A program made the position numbers and the translations under genes. A stretch of 32,387 nt of DNA. Source: a virus. Its lineage: Duplodnaviria; Caudoviricetes. The stretch is taken from positions 1-32,387 of the IMG/VR virus record IMGVR_UViG_3300020045_002987; one strand, written 5' to 3'. Numbering within the stretch: the first letter of the stretch is position 1; each line of letters starts with the position of its first letter. Of this stretch, positions 1 through 8,311 are shown in pieces. Under the pieces are notes generated by a model, which saw only the letters and a program-made list of their open reading frames with translations, made no database searches and was not told the origin of the DNA.

Positions 1-2
1 GC

Positions 3-284
3 GTGAATATGGAGCAGTTCATTCAGGGGCCAAAGTCCTATCACCCAGCAATGCAGGCACTAGAGGTGGCCTACCTAAACGGACGGCTTGCGCACGGCAA
101 TGACCCCATCCTGAACTGGTGCGCTTCCAACCTAGTTGCGCGAGAAGATGCCAACTTGAACAAGGCTCCAGACAAGAAGCATGCCGCCGAAAAGATCGAT
201 GACATGTGCGCACTCTTGATGGCGATTGGTCGATCGCTTGTGGATGCCCCAAAGTCCCCCGACTACAAAATAATGTTCCTCTGA
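3..284 (+). CDS. terL: Terminase large subunit, C-terminal nuclease fragment (5' truncated by window)
   Basis: HGNDPILNWCASN...PDKK...EKIDDMCALLMAIG matches the typical HK97-like TerL C-terminus; lies directly upstream of head genes. Confidence 0.9.
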   Translation: MNMEQFIQGPKSYHPAMQALEVAYLNGRLAHGNDPILNWCASNLVAREDANLNKAPDKKHAAEKIDDMCALLMAIGRSLVDAPKSPDYKIMFL

Positions 285-333
285 CGTTTTCGGTTAATAT
301 CTCGGCAATTGTTCAACATCTGACGGTAAACGC

Positions 334-921
334 ATGCAACGCGCGTACTCTGTTCTTTCTGAGAAAGCGGTTACCGAAGATGCGGACTTCGTCTACATCG
401 AGGGGGTGGCCACGACTCCGACGCCGGACCGCGTCGATGACGTGGTAGAGCCCATGGGCGCGCGGTTCCAAACGCCCATGAAGCTTTTGCTCAACCACGA
501 TCATCACCAGCCAGTCGGTAACGTCACTTTCGCAAAGCCAACCGCCAAGGGAATCCCCTTCAGGGCTGAACTCCCGGTGATCCGCGAAGCTGGCCGTTTG
601 AAAGATCGCGTTGACGAAGCAATCCATTCGCTCAAATACGGCCTGATTTCCGCTGTATCGATTGGCTTCCGTCCGGTTGCCGGCGAGACTGAACGGCTGA
701 AATCTGGCGGTATCCGCTTCAAGGTTTGGGACTGGTTTGAACTCAGCCTTGTGGCGATCCCGGCCCAGTCCGAAGCGATCATCACCGCAATCAAAAGCAT
801 CGACCAGCGCCAGCCTGCCGCGACCGGCAAGAAAGCTGCCGTGAAGTCGGTGCAGTTGGAGTATCCCGGCGACTCGGGAAAGCAACCTGCCACATCCCGT
901 GGCGCCGTGAAACTTCTCTAA
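334..921 (+). CDS. HK97-family prohead maturation protease
   Basis: IEGVATT..DRVDDVVEP, LLLNHDH (catalytic His), AVSIGF (catalytic Ser), ELSLVAIPA motifs. Confidence 0.93.
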   Translation: MQRAYSVLSEKAVTEDADFVYIEGVATTPTPDRVDDVVEPMGARFQTPMKLLLNHDHHQPVGNVTFAKPTAKGIPFRAELPVIREAGRLKDRVDEAIHSLKYGLISAVSIGFRPVAGETERLKSGGIRFKVWDWFELSLVAIPAQSEAIITAIKSIDQRQPAATGKKAAVKSVQLEYPGDSGKQPATSRGAVKLL

Positions 922-932
922 AGGAAACCATC

Positions 933-2309
933 GTGAAGACGATTCAAGAACAGATTCAGGCTCTCGAAGCCACCCGCGCGGCCAAGGCCGCGCGCATGAA
1001 TGAAGTCATGACCAAGGGTCTTTCTGAAGGCCGCTCGACCGATGCGGCAGAGTCGGAGGAATTCGACACGCTGGAAGCAGAGCTGAAGACCATCGACGCC
1101 GACCTGGTGCGCCTGAAGAAGCTGGAAGCCCTGAACCTCTCGACCGCCACGCCTGTCGTCGCCAAGTCTGGCGAACAAGCCACCCAGACACGTATGGGTG
1201 TGCAGGTCAAGAACACTGAGAAACTGGAGCCGGGCATCAAGTTCGCCCGCTACGCCTCGTGCATCGCGCTCGCTAAGGGCAACATCATGCAGGCCCAGCA
1301 AATTGCCATGAGTCGCTACGGCGACGACGTGGAAGTCAACGAGCGCATCAAGGCCGCTGTGCTGGCCGGCACGACCACGGGCGCAACCAACGCCGCCCCA
1401 CTGGTGCGTTCGGAAAACTTCGAAGGCGACTTCGTCGAGTTCCTGCGCCCGCAGACCATCATCGGCAAGTTCGGTGAAAACGGCATTCCTTCGCTGCGCC
1501 GCATCCCGTTTAACACCCGCATCATTGGTCAGACCTCGGGCGGCGCCGGTTACTGGGTTGGTGAAGGTGCGCCGAAGCCGCTGACTGCCTTTGACTACTC
1601 TGCAGTCGAACTGCGCTGGGCAAAGGTTGCGAACATCGCTGTTCTGACCGAAGAACTGCTGCGCTTCTCGACCCCATCGGCTGAACGGATGACCCGTGAC
1701 GCACTGGCCGCTGCCCTGATCGAACGTCTTGACCTTGACTTCATCACGCCTTCAAAGGCTGCTGTCGCCAACGTGTCGCCGGCGTCTATCACCAACGGCG
1801 TCACCCCGATTGTGTCGACCGGCACGACCGAAGCCAACCTGCGCACCGACCTGAAGGCGTTGTGGGCCAGCTACATCACGAACAACATCGACCCTTCTTC
1901 GGCGGTGTACATCATGAACCCGCGCACGGCTCTGTCGGTGTCGCTGATGCAGAACCCGCTGGGCCAATCGTCGTTCCCTGGTCTGACCATGAACGGCGGT
2001 ACGCTGCTGGGCGTCCCGGTCATCGTGTCCAACTATGTGCCGGTTGCAACCGCTGGCGCGCTGGTGATCCTGGCAAACGCTTCGGACATCTATCTGGCCG
2101 ACGACGGCCAGGTGTCCATCGACGCAAGCCGGGAAGCCTCGCTGCAAATGGACAACGCGCCGACCAACAACAGCGCGACGGCCACGCCGACCACGGTGGT
2201 GTCGATGTTCCAGACCAACTCGGTTGCCCTGCGCGCAGAACGCTACATCAACTGGGCCAAGCGCCGGCCGCAGGCCGTGGCCTTCCTGTCTGCTGTGAAC
2301 TGGGGTTAA
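933..2309 (+). CDS. Major capsid protein, HK97 fold with N-terminal coiled-coil delta domain
   Basis: GTG start with AAGGA RBS; heptad-rich N-terminus; WVGEGAPKP, TEELLR, GTLLGVPVIVS, FQTNSVALRAE motifs; strong codon bias. Confidence 0.96.
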   Translation: MKTIQEQIQALEATRAAKAARMNEVMTKGLSEGRSTDAAESEEFDTLEAELKTIDADLVRLKKLEALNLSTATPVVAKSGEQATQTRMGVQVKNTEKLEPGIKFARYASCIALAKGNIMQAQQIAMSRYGDDVEVNERIKAAVLAGTTTGATNAAPLVRSENFEGDFVEFLRPQTIIGKFGENGIPSLRRIPFNTRIIGQTSGGAGYWVGEGAPKPLTAFDYSAVELRWAKVANIAVLTEELLRFSTPSAERMTRDALAAALIERLDLDFITPSKAAVANVSPASITNGVTPIVSTGTTEANLRTDLKALWASYITNNIDPSSAVYIMNPRTALSVSLMQNPLGQSSFPGLTMNGGTLLGVPVIVSNYVPVATAGALVILANASDIYLADDGQVSIDASREASLQMDNAPTNNSATATPTTVVSMFQTNSVALRAERYINWAKRRPQAVAFLSAVNWG

Positions 2310-2322
2310 GTTCTGCCATGTA

Positions 2323-2338
2323 GCCCGCTTCGGCGGGC
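2323..2338 (+). terminator. Hairpin with UUCG loop after the capsid gene (weak terminator or stability element)
   Basis: GCCCGC-TTCG-GCGGGC followed by GCATTTCT (poor U tract). Confidence 0.5.
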
Positions 2339-2347
2339 GCATTTCTC

Positions 2348-2389
2348 GGGCGGGACTAGCACAGGCCGTGTTAGCCCGCCCTCTTTTTT
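2348..2389 (+). terminator. Rho-independent terminator
   Basis: GGGCGGG(A)CTAGCAC-AGGCC-GTGTTAGCCCGCCC stem followed by TCTTTTTT. Confidence 0.75.
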
Positions 2390-2400
2390 AAGGGGTGCCC

Positions 2401-2613
2401 ATGGAAAAAGAAGTCAAAGTTTTCGACGCCCAGACCGGCGAAGAAAAAGCCATGGAACAACGCTTTGCAGCCATCCTGACGCGTGCCCATCCGCAGCGGT
2501 ACATGACGCGCGAGCTGCGCGCGTTGGAAGAGGCTCCGCGCGCGCTTGAGGCTGATCTTGTTTCCGAGGTCATGCGCCGTAAACCGGGCCGCCCACGTAA
2601 AGACGTGGAGTAA
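2401..2613 (+). CDS. Small hypothetical protein with C-terminal AT-hook-like KPGRPRK motif
   Basis: AGGGG RBS before ATG 2401; typical small post-capsid gene. Confidence 0.7.
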   Translation: MEKEVKVFDAQTGEEKAMEQRFAAILTRAHPQRYMTRELRALEEAPRALEADLVSEVMRRKPGRPRKDVE

Positions 2614-2618
2614 ACCCC

Positions 2619-3485
2619 GTGTTGCCGTTCATTGGCTTTATTGAGACAGCCGGTTTTATTGGCAAGGGCAATGGGGAGGCGCAAGCGCCAGAATCAACCC
2701 CAGATGCTGACATTGCAGATTACCTTTCAAGGGTTGCGGCTGCATCTGGAACGCTGACGGCCGGAGAGGAATCTGCGATCCGCGCTTTTGTCACAAGCGC
2801 CAAGACCTCAAGCAATGCCTACTGGTCAAGTCTGTCGATTTTCCAGCCTATGGCCGGGGACGCAAACGCCTCTCTTGTGAAGCTCAAAGGCGCGACGGCT
2901 GACACCAACGTGGGCACGACCTACGCTGCCGCCACCGGGCGCACGTCGAACGGCACAAGCCAATACCTGAATACGAACTTCATCCCGACTGGCGCGACGG
3001 GTGGTATTTCTATTTACTTGCGCACAACCATTGCTAGTTCTACTACGCTCCGAGTGCCAATCGGCGTTCGGGACGGGGCAAACACGCAGGTATTCAGGCT
3101 AACTGCCAACTCCAATAGTGCGGGTGCTGCGTCTTCTGGTGGGGTGGCCGGCGTCTGGGGTGGAGCGTCGCCGGGGCCGTTCCCTGCCACGACGGGCGGA
3201 ATGACTTTTGGCTTCTGGCACAACTCGCGCACTGATTCAACGACCCATAACCTGTTTGAAAACGGTGTGCTTATGGGGTCATCAAGCACGGCGACAACCC
3301 CGGCTTCTCCGGGGTTCCCGCTGTTCGTTTTCGCAAACAATGGCGGCGGGACTGCGGGCGCTTATGTGACTGCAAGCACATCGGTCGGCTGTTATGGCGT
3401 AGATACCGGGATGACCGAAGCGCAGGCCGCCGACTACTACACGCACGTTCAAACGCTAATGACCGCACTTGGACGCAACGTCTAA
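2619..3485 (+). CDS. Ser/Thr/Gly-rich probable virion decoration protein (possible concanavalin/LamG-like beta-sandwich)
   Basis: 288 aa ORF inside the head module; beta-strand pattern with FWHNSRTD..HNLFENGVL; function inferred. Confidence 0.6.
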   Translation: MLPFIGFIETAGFIGKGNGEAQAPESTPDADIADYLSRVAAASGTLTAGEESAIRAFVTSAKTSSNAYWSSLSIFQPMAGDANASLVKLKGATADTNVGTTYAAATGRTSNGTSQYLNTNFIPTGATGGISIYLRTTIASSTTLRVPIGVRDGANTQVFRLTANSNSAGAASSGGVAGVWGGASPGPFPATTGGMTFGFWHNSRTDSTTHNLFENGVLMGSSSTATTPASPGFPLFVFANNGGGTAGAYVTASTSVGCYGVDTGMTEAQAADYYTHVQTLMTALGRNV

Positions 3486-3490
3486 CACGC

Positions 3491-3511
3491 TGCGTCACAT
3501 AGAATGACGCA
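3491..3511. promoter_or_regulatory. Inverted repeat upstream of the portal gene
   Basis: TGCGTCA-CATAGAA-TGACGCA in the short intergenic gap; no U tract on either strand. Confidence 0.4.
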
Positions 3512-3527
3512 TGGGGACACTAGGCCA

Positions 3528-4880
3528 ATGAATATTCTGAGCACTGTCGGTCAAGCGGTACGCAACCTAGCCACCAAGGCCGGCATTCTTGCGCCGGTTG
3601 ATACCCGTGGCGGGTGGTGGCCGATTGTGCGGGAGCCTTTCGCCGGCGCCTGGCAGAAGAACGAGGAATGGCGCCTTGATTCTGTCCTGGCCTACCCCGC
3701 CGTCTTCGCCTGCATTACCCAAATTAGCAACGACATCGCTAAGCTCGGGTCTCGGTTGATGCGACTGGAAGCTAACGGCATCTGGACCGAAACCAGCAGC
3801 CCGGCATTTTCCCCCGTCCTGAAGAAGCCGAACCGCTATCAGAACCACATCCAGTTCAAGCAGTGGTGGATGATGTGCAAGCTCCAGCACGGCAACACCT
3901 ACGCGCTCAAGGAACGCGACCAACGCGGGGTTGTGGTCGCGCTGTACCTGCTCGACCCTACGCGGGTGCAGGTTCTGGTGGCTGACGATGGATCGGTGTA
4001 CTACCAACTCAATCAGGACAACTTGTCCGGGTTGACAGAAGTCAACGTGACGGTTCCGGCCTCTGAAATCATTCATGACCGGCTGAACGAACTTTTCCAC
4101 CCGCTGGTGGGCGTGTCCCCGTTGTTCGCGGCTGGCACTTCGGCATCCCTCGGGCTCAAGATGGAATCGGATGCTGTACGGTTCTTTGGTAACGGTGCGA
4201 TGCCTGGCGGAGTGCTTGAGGCTCCGGGCGCGATCAGCCTCGACACTGCTACGCGACTTAAGTCTGATTGGGACTCAAAGTACACCGGTTTGAACGCGGG
4301 TAAGGTGGCAGTGCTGGGCGATGGCCTGAAGTACACGCCACTCCGCATGACCTCGGTTGACTCGCAGCAGGTGGAGCGGTCCAAGCGCCTGGATGAACAC
4401 GTTTGCGCGGCCTTCCATGTCCCGCCTTACATCGTCGGGCTTGGCACGCTGCCGGCCGGGATGAAGCCCGGCGACCTAAAGCAGGTCTACTACGATGACT
4501 GCCTGCACGTTCTCATCGAACAGTTTGAACTGTGCATGGATGAGGGGCTGTCGCTGCCTAGTGGACTGGGGGTGGAACTCGACTTGGATGTCCTGCTGCG
4601 TATGGATCAAGCTACCTTGATTGACACGCTTGTGAAGGGCGTTAAGGGCGGTGTCATGACCCCCAACTACGCACTGCGCAAACAGAACCAGCCGCCGATT
4701 GAAGGCGGGGACACGATCTACATGCAGAAGCAGGATATCCCGCTGGAGCAGGCTCGAAAGAACACGATTGATACGCCGGTCGTTTCACAGCCCGCTGCCG
4801 CTCCAGCACCCGAGCCAGACGAAGACCAGACCGAGCGCGCCTTGGCGCTGCTGTACTCCAAGAACTTGGTGGAAGCATGA
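3528..4880 (+). CDS. HK97-family portal protein
   Basis: AVFACITQISNDIAKL, LKKPNRYQ, HGNTYA, EIIHDR, GVSPL, FFGNGAMPGGVL, AFHVPP, GVMTPN, PPIEGGD motifs. Start at 3528 preferred over 3504. Confidence 0.95.
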   Translation: MNILSTVGQAVRNLATKAGILAPVDTRGGWWPIVREPFAGAWQKNEEWRLDSVLAYPAVFACITQISNDIAKLGSRLMRLEANGIWTETSSPAFSPVLKKPNRYQNHIQFKQWWMMCKLQHGNTYALKERDQRGVVVALYLLDPTRVQVLVADDGSVYYQLNQDNLSGLTEVNVTVPASEIIHDRLNELFHPLVGVSPLFAAGTSASLGLKMESDAVRFFGNGAMPGGVLEAPGAISLDTATRLKSDWDSKYTGLNAGKVAVLGDGLKYTPLRMTSVDSQQVERSKRLDEHVCAAFHVPPYIVGLGTLPAGMKPGDLKQVYYDDCLHVLIEQFELCMDEGLSLPSGLGVELDLDVLLRMDQATLIDTLVKGVKGGVMTPNYALRKQNQPPIEGGDTIYMQKQDIPLEQARKNTIDTPVVSQPAAAPAPEPDEDQTERALALLYSKNLVEA

Positions 4881-5668
4881 TCGACATTCAAAAGTTCGTT
4901 GGCGGCATTCACGACTACCTTTCGGCTCAGGTCGCGCCCATCGTCAAACGACTGGAAGCCATCGAGGCGGCCAAGCCAGCAGACGGCAAGGACGGGCGTG
5001 ACGGTGTGGACGGCAAAGACGGTGCCAGCGTTGACGCTGAAGCAGTCGCTGCCATGGTGCAAGAGGCAGTCAGCGCAATCCCTGTCCCGAAAGACGGGAC
5101 AAACGGGACAGATGGAACGAGTGTCCCGCTTGAGGAAGTGGAGCGCATGGTTTCAGAGGCTGTCGCCAAGGCTGTGGCCGCGATCAAACTTCCCCAAGAC
5201 GGTGCCCCCGGGCGTGACGCCATCCATCTTGAAATTCTGCCGGCCATCGCTGAAGCGAAATCCTACCCGCGTGGCACCTACGCCAAGCACGCGGGCGGTC
5301 TGTGGCGCTCGTTCGAATCCACCGAAGGCATGCGCGGGTGGGAATGCATCGTGGAAGGCGTGGCGGCCATCGACGTGCAGCAGGTTGAACGCGGCTTCAC
5401 GGTGACCGCGCAGCGTAGCAGCGGAGCTACCGAAGTCAAGACGTTGACTCTGCCTGTGATGATGTATCAGGGCGTATTCAAGGAAGGCGAGACGTACGAC
5501 CATGGCGACATGGTGACTTGGGGTGGTAGCCTCTGGCACTGCGATGTGCTGACGCGGGACAAGCCGGGAGAGCCGAACGTGAAAGCCTGGACGCTGGCAG
5601 CAAAGCGCGGCCGAGATGGCAAGGACGGCACCAACGGGAAAGACTTCACGAAGGCGGTGCAACTGTGA
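4877..5668 (+). CDS. Portal-coupled protein with short collagen-like G-X-Y repeats and two small aromatic beta modules
   Basis: ATGA overlap with portal; GKDGRDGVDGKDG, DGTNGTDG, GRDGKDGTNGKD; YPRGTYAKHAGGLW and YDHGDMVTWGGSLW repeats. Confidence 0.75.
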   Translation: MIDIQKFVGGIHDYLSAQVAPIVKRLEAIEAAKPADGKDGRDGVDGKDGASVDAEAVAAMVQEAVSAIPVPKDGTNGTDGTSVPLEEVERMVSEAVAKAVAAIKLPQDGAPGRDAIHLEILPAIAEAKSYPRGTYAKHAGGLWRSFESTEGMRGWECIVEGVAAIDVQQVERGFTVTAQRSSGATEVKTLTLPVMMYQGVFKEGETYDHGDMVTWGGSLWHCDVLTRDKPGEPNVKAWTLAAKRGRDGKDGTNGKDFTKAVQL

Positions 5669-6039
5669 TGCTCGTGACACTCCAAGAGGCCCGCGACCAT
5701 CTGCGAAGCGATGAGACGGCCGACAACGCCGACTTGACGCTGAAGATTCAGGCGGCCAGTGGGGCGGTTCTGAACTACCTCAAGGGCGCTTCGCCGTGGC
5801 AGTCGGAGTACGATAGTAACTTGGGCGTTCGGTACGACACGGCACAGAACCCGATTCCCCTGCTGAACACAGCCGGGCAGAAAGTCTTGCGGTGGGAGGT
5901 GCGGGCGGCTGTACTGATCCTGCTGGGTTACCTCTACAAGAACAGAGATGAGAACCCTGACGGCGAGTTTCTGACCGGGTATCTTCCTGCGCCTGTAACT
6001 GCAATCTTGTACGCCCTTCGGGACCCGGCAATCGCCTGA
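5668..6039 (+). CDS. Head-tail connector (HK97 gp6-like)
   Basis: LVTLQEARDHLR...I.AAS..VLNYL...AAVLILLGYLYKNR. Confidence 0.88.
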   Translation: MLVTLQEARDHLRSDETADNADLTLKIQAASGAVLNYLKGASPWQSEYDSNLGVRYDTAQNPIPLLNTAGQKVLRWEVRAAVLILLGYLYKNRDENPDGEFLTGYLPAPVTAILYALRDPAIA

Positions 6040-6041
6040 CC

Positions 6042-6386
6042 ATGGCAACCACGCATCTTTCAGCCGGCCACCTGCGTCACCGCGTCACCATCCAGCAGCA
6101 AGTGCATGGGATGGACGCCAACGGCGCGCGCACGGTGACGTGGCAGGACGTCGCTAGCGTGTGGGCTGCTGTTGAACCGCTGTCTGCCAAAGAGTTCATA
6201 CAGTCGGCATCGGTGCAGTCCAACGTGGTGGCACGGATCACCATCCGTTACCGGGTGCTGCTGCCGTCCATGCGCATCGTCCACAACGGGCAGGCGTACA
6301 ACATCCACGGCGTCTTGCCGGACAAGGCAAGCGGCATGGAATACCTAACGCTTCCGGTTTCAACTGGCGTTAACGACGGGCAATAA
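6042..6386 (+). CDS. Head closure / head-tail adaptor (SPP1 gp16-like)
   Basis: AGHLRHRVTIQ, W.DVASVWAAVEPLS.KE, RITIRY, MRIVHNG..YNI. Confidence 0.9.
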   Translation: MATTHLSAGHLRHRVTIQQQVHGMDANGARTVTWQDVASVWAAVEPLSAKEFIQSASVQSNVVARITIRYRVLLPSMRIVHNGQAYNIHGVLPDKASGMEYLTLPVSTGVNDGQ

Positions 6387-6388
6387 GC

Positions 6389-6889
6389 ATGGAATGGCAT
6401 CTGTGTGCGCCGGGCCCCAGCATGTCGCAAGAGCTGGTGGACGGGCTGAAGGGTAAGCGGGTTGGCGTGGTGGGCCGGGTGTTCGAGCTGGCGCCATGGG
6501 CTGATGTGCTGGTGGCGAACGATGAAGAATGGTGGGTGAAGTACCCCGAGGCGTTCGCCTTCAAGGGTCGCAAGTTCAGCGCGAACCGGATTGCAGGCGT
6601 TGAAGTATGCGAGCCTGGCGCATCCAACCTGAACAGCGGGACGCTTGCCTTGCAGGCGCTGTCCAACCTGGGCGCTACGACCATCTATCTTCACGGCTTC
6701 GACCACCACGGATCGCACTACTTCGGGCCGTACGACAATGGTCTTGTGAACACTCCCGAGCATGCCAGGCTGATTCATCTGCGCCAGTTCCAAGGCTGGG
6801 CGGCGATGAACACTCATGTGCGGGTTATCAACTGCACCAAGGGGTCGGCGCTCGATTGCTTCCCGTTCATGGAGGAAGCATGTACCTAG
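6389..6889 (+). CDS. Putative Maf/DUF115- or sialyltransferase (GT29/GT42)-like transferase
   Basis: APGPS, ADVLVAND, NSGTLAL..L.NLGATTIYLHGFD..GSHYF, VINCT motifs of this Rossmann-like fold. Confidence 0.6.
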   Translation: MEWHLCAPGPSMSQELVDGLKGKRVGVVGRVFELAPWADVLVANDEEWWVKYPEAFAFKGRKFSANRIAGVEVCEPGASNLNSGTLALQALSNLGATTIYLHGFDHHGSHYFGPYDNGLVNTPEHARLIHLRQFQGWAAMNTHVRVINCTKGSALDCFPFMEEACT

Positions 6890-7734
6890 GTGGAATGTTA
6901 GGCCTAGGCGACAACTTCTTTCAACGCGCCATCGTGCGCGAGCTTGGCCCGCTGCACCTCATGACCTCGTGGCCGCAACTGTACGAAGACTTGCCGCAGA
7001 TCAAGTGCGTACGTCCGCAGACGCACCTTCGGACGCAGGCCAAGAACGCAGCGCGCCCATACGACAAGTGGTGCGCTGCGCCAAACGAAACGCAGCAGCG
7101 GATCAACTACAACGGGCAGGGCTCAATGCTCGACAGCCTGGCGCGGTCGGCTGGGCTCTATAAAGAACGGCTTACGTTCGACGGTCCGCCAGTCGCCAAG
7201 ACTGACAACCATCCCTACATCGTCATCCGTCCGGCTACGTTGCGGGGGGAGTGGATGGCAGCGGCCCGCAACCCTAAGCCGGAGTACCTGGCCCGGACGG
7301 CTGAAGCCCTATCCAAGCATTACGACATCATCAGCATTGCCGACATCGACGGCACCAACGAGTACGCGGTAGAGCCTCTGCCCTTCGCCCATGAGACGTA
7401 TCACAAGGGTGAATTGCCAATCGAGGAATTGCTAGAACTGGTGGGCAACGCCTCTGCGGTTGTCGGAGGCGTCGGCTGGCTTCTGCCGGCCGCCATGGCC
7501 TACAAGGTGCCTATGCTTCTGCTATACGGTGGCTGGGGCCAAATCAATGGGCCAGATCATGTGCTAGACCGCCGCATTGATTCCTCTATGATTCACCAAG
7601 TCTTCCCCGACCGGTTCTGCATGTGCAATGACCGGTCTCACGATTGCGATAAGACCATCTCCCACTTGGATGCAGAGATTGACAAATTCCTACTTCGACT
7701 CGCTGGCCGCGAAGTCTCTCGTTTGGTTGCCTGA
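6880..7734 (+). CDS. GT-B glycosyltransferase, GT9 (heptosyltransferase)-like
   Basis: GGAGG RBS before ATG 6880; N-terminal GLGDN; ELLELVGNASAVVGGVGWLLPAAMAYKVPMLLLYG; C-terminal CMC..HDC cluster. Confidence 0.75.
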   Translation: MYLGGMLGLGDNFFQRAIVRELGPLHLMTSWPQLYEDLPQIKCVRPQTHLRTQAKNAARPYDKWCAAPNETQQRINYNGQGSMLDSLARSAGLYKERLTFDGPPVAKTDNHPYIVIRPATLRGEWMAAARNPKPEYLARTAEALSKHYDIISIADIDGTNEYAVEPLPFAHETYHKGELPIEELLELVGNASAVVGGVGWLLPAAMAYKVPMLLLYGGWGQINGPDHVLDRRIDSSMIHQVFPDRFCMCNDRSHDCDKTISHLDAEIDKFLLRLAGREVSRLVA

Positions 7735-8311
7735 GTTCGGTGTCGGTTACTACCCAGTGACCGAAGCGCCGTACGACGCAGCCTATTGGGAGAAGTACCT
7801 AGCGATGGACGCGAGCGCGACCGGTGAACGCCTGACCGCTGACCGTGCGGAGTTTGTCAAAGACTTCAGCGAGAAAGGTTTGACCGTCTGTGACATCGGC
7901 ATTGGCGGTGGTAGGTTCGTGCGGGAGATGGACGCCAAGGGTTTCGACATCAATCCCAAGGCCGTGGGCTGGCTCACCACCGAAGGCCGCTGGCACGACC
8001 CCTATGCCGCACCGGTGGACGTGGCGACGTTCTGGGATTCACTGGAACACATCCACAATCCCGCTCCACTGCTGGCGAACGTCAAGCGGTGGGCATTCAT
8101 GTCGGTGCCGATCTTTGAAGACTCCGCGCACATCCTCCGGTCCAAGCACTTCCGCAAAGATGAGCACTGCTGGTACTTCACCCGTCAGGGGCTGATGCGT
8201 TTCATGCGTCACCACGGGTTCGAGTGTGTTTCTGTCAGCTTCATGGAGCAGAATGCAGGACGTGAGGATATCGAGTCCTTCGCATTCCAAAGGATGGAAG
8301 AACATGGGTGA
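7670..8311 (+). CDS. Class I SAM-dependent methyltransferase
   Basis: YD.AYWEKY, VCDIGIGGG (motif I), GFDINP, DVATFWDSLEHIHNP, EHCWYFT. Start uncertain (7628/7670); overlaps the end of the GT gene. Confidence 0.85.
   Translation: MQRLTNSYFDSLAAKSLVWLPEFGVGYYPVTEAPYDAAYWEKYLAMDASATGERLTADRAEFVKDFSEKGLTVCDIGIGGGRFVREMDAKGFDINPKAVGWLTTEGRWHDPYAAPVDVATFWDSLEHIHNPAPLLANVKRWAFMSVPIFEDSAHILRSKHFRKDEHCWYFTRQGLMRFMRHHGFECVSVSFMEQNAGREDIESFAFQRMEEHG

Noticed and set aside
6607-6879. N-terminal 91-aa extension of the GT9-like ORF in the track
   Set aside because: It overlaps the upstream gene and is low-complexity; a GGAGG RBS and the GLGD motif place the start at 6880.
7670-8311. DNA methyltransferase
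   Set aside because: No DPPY/NPPY or PC catalytic motif; the D..EH..NP pattern fits small-molecule or sugar methyltransferases.
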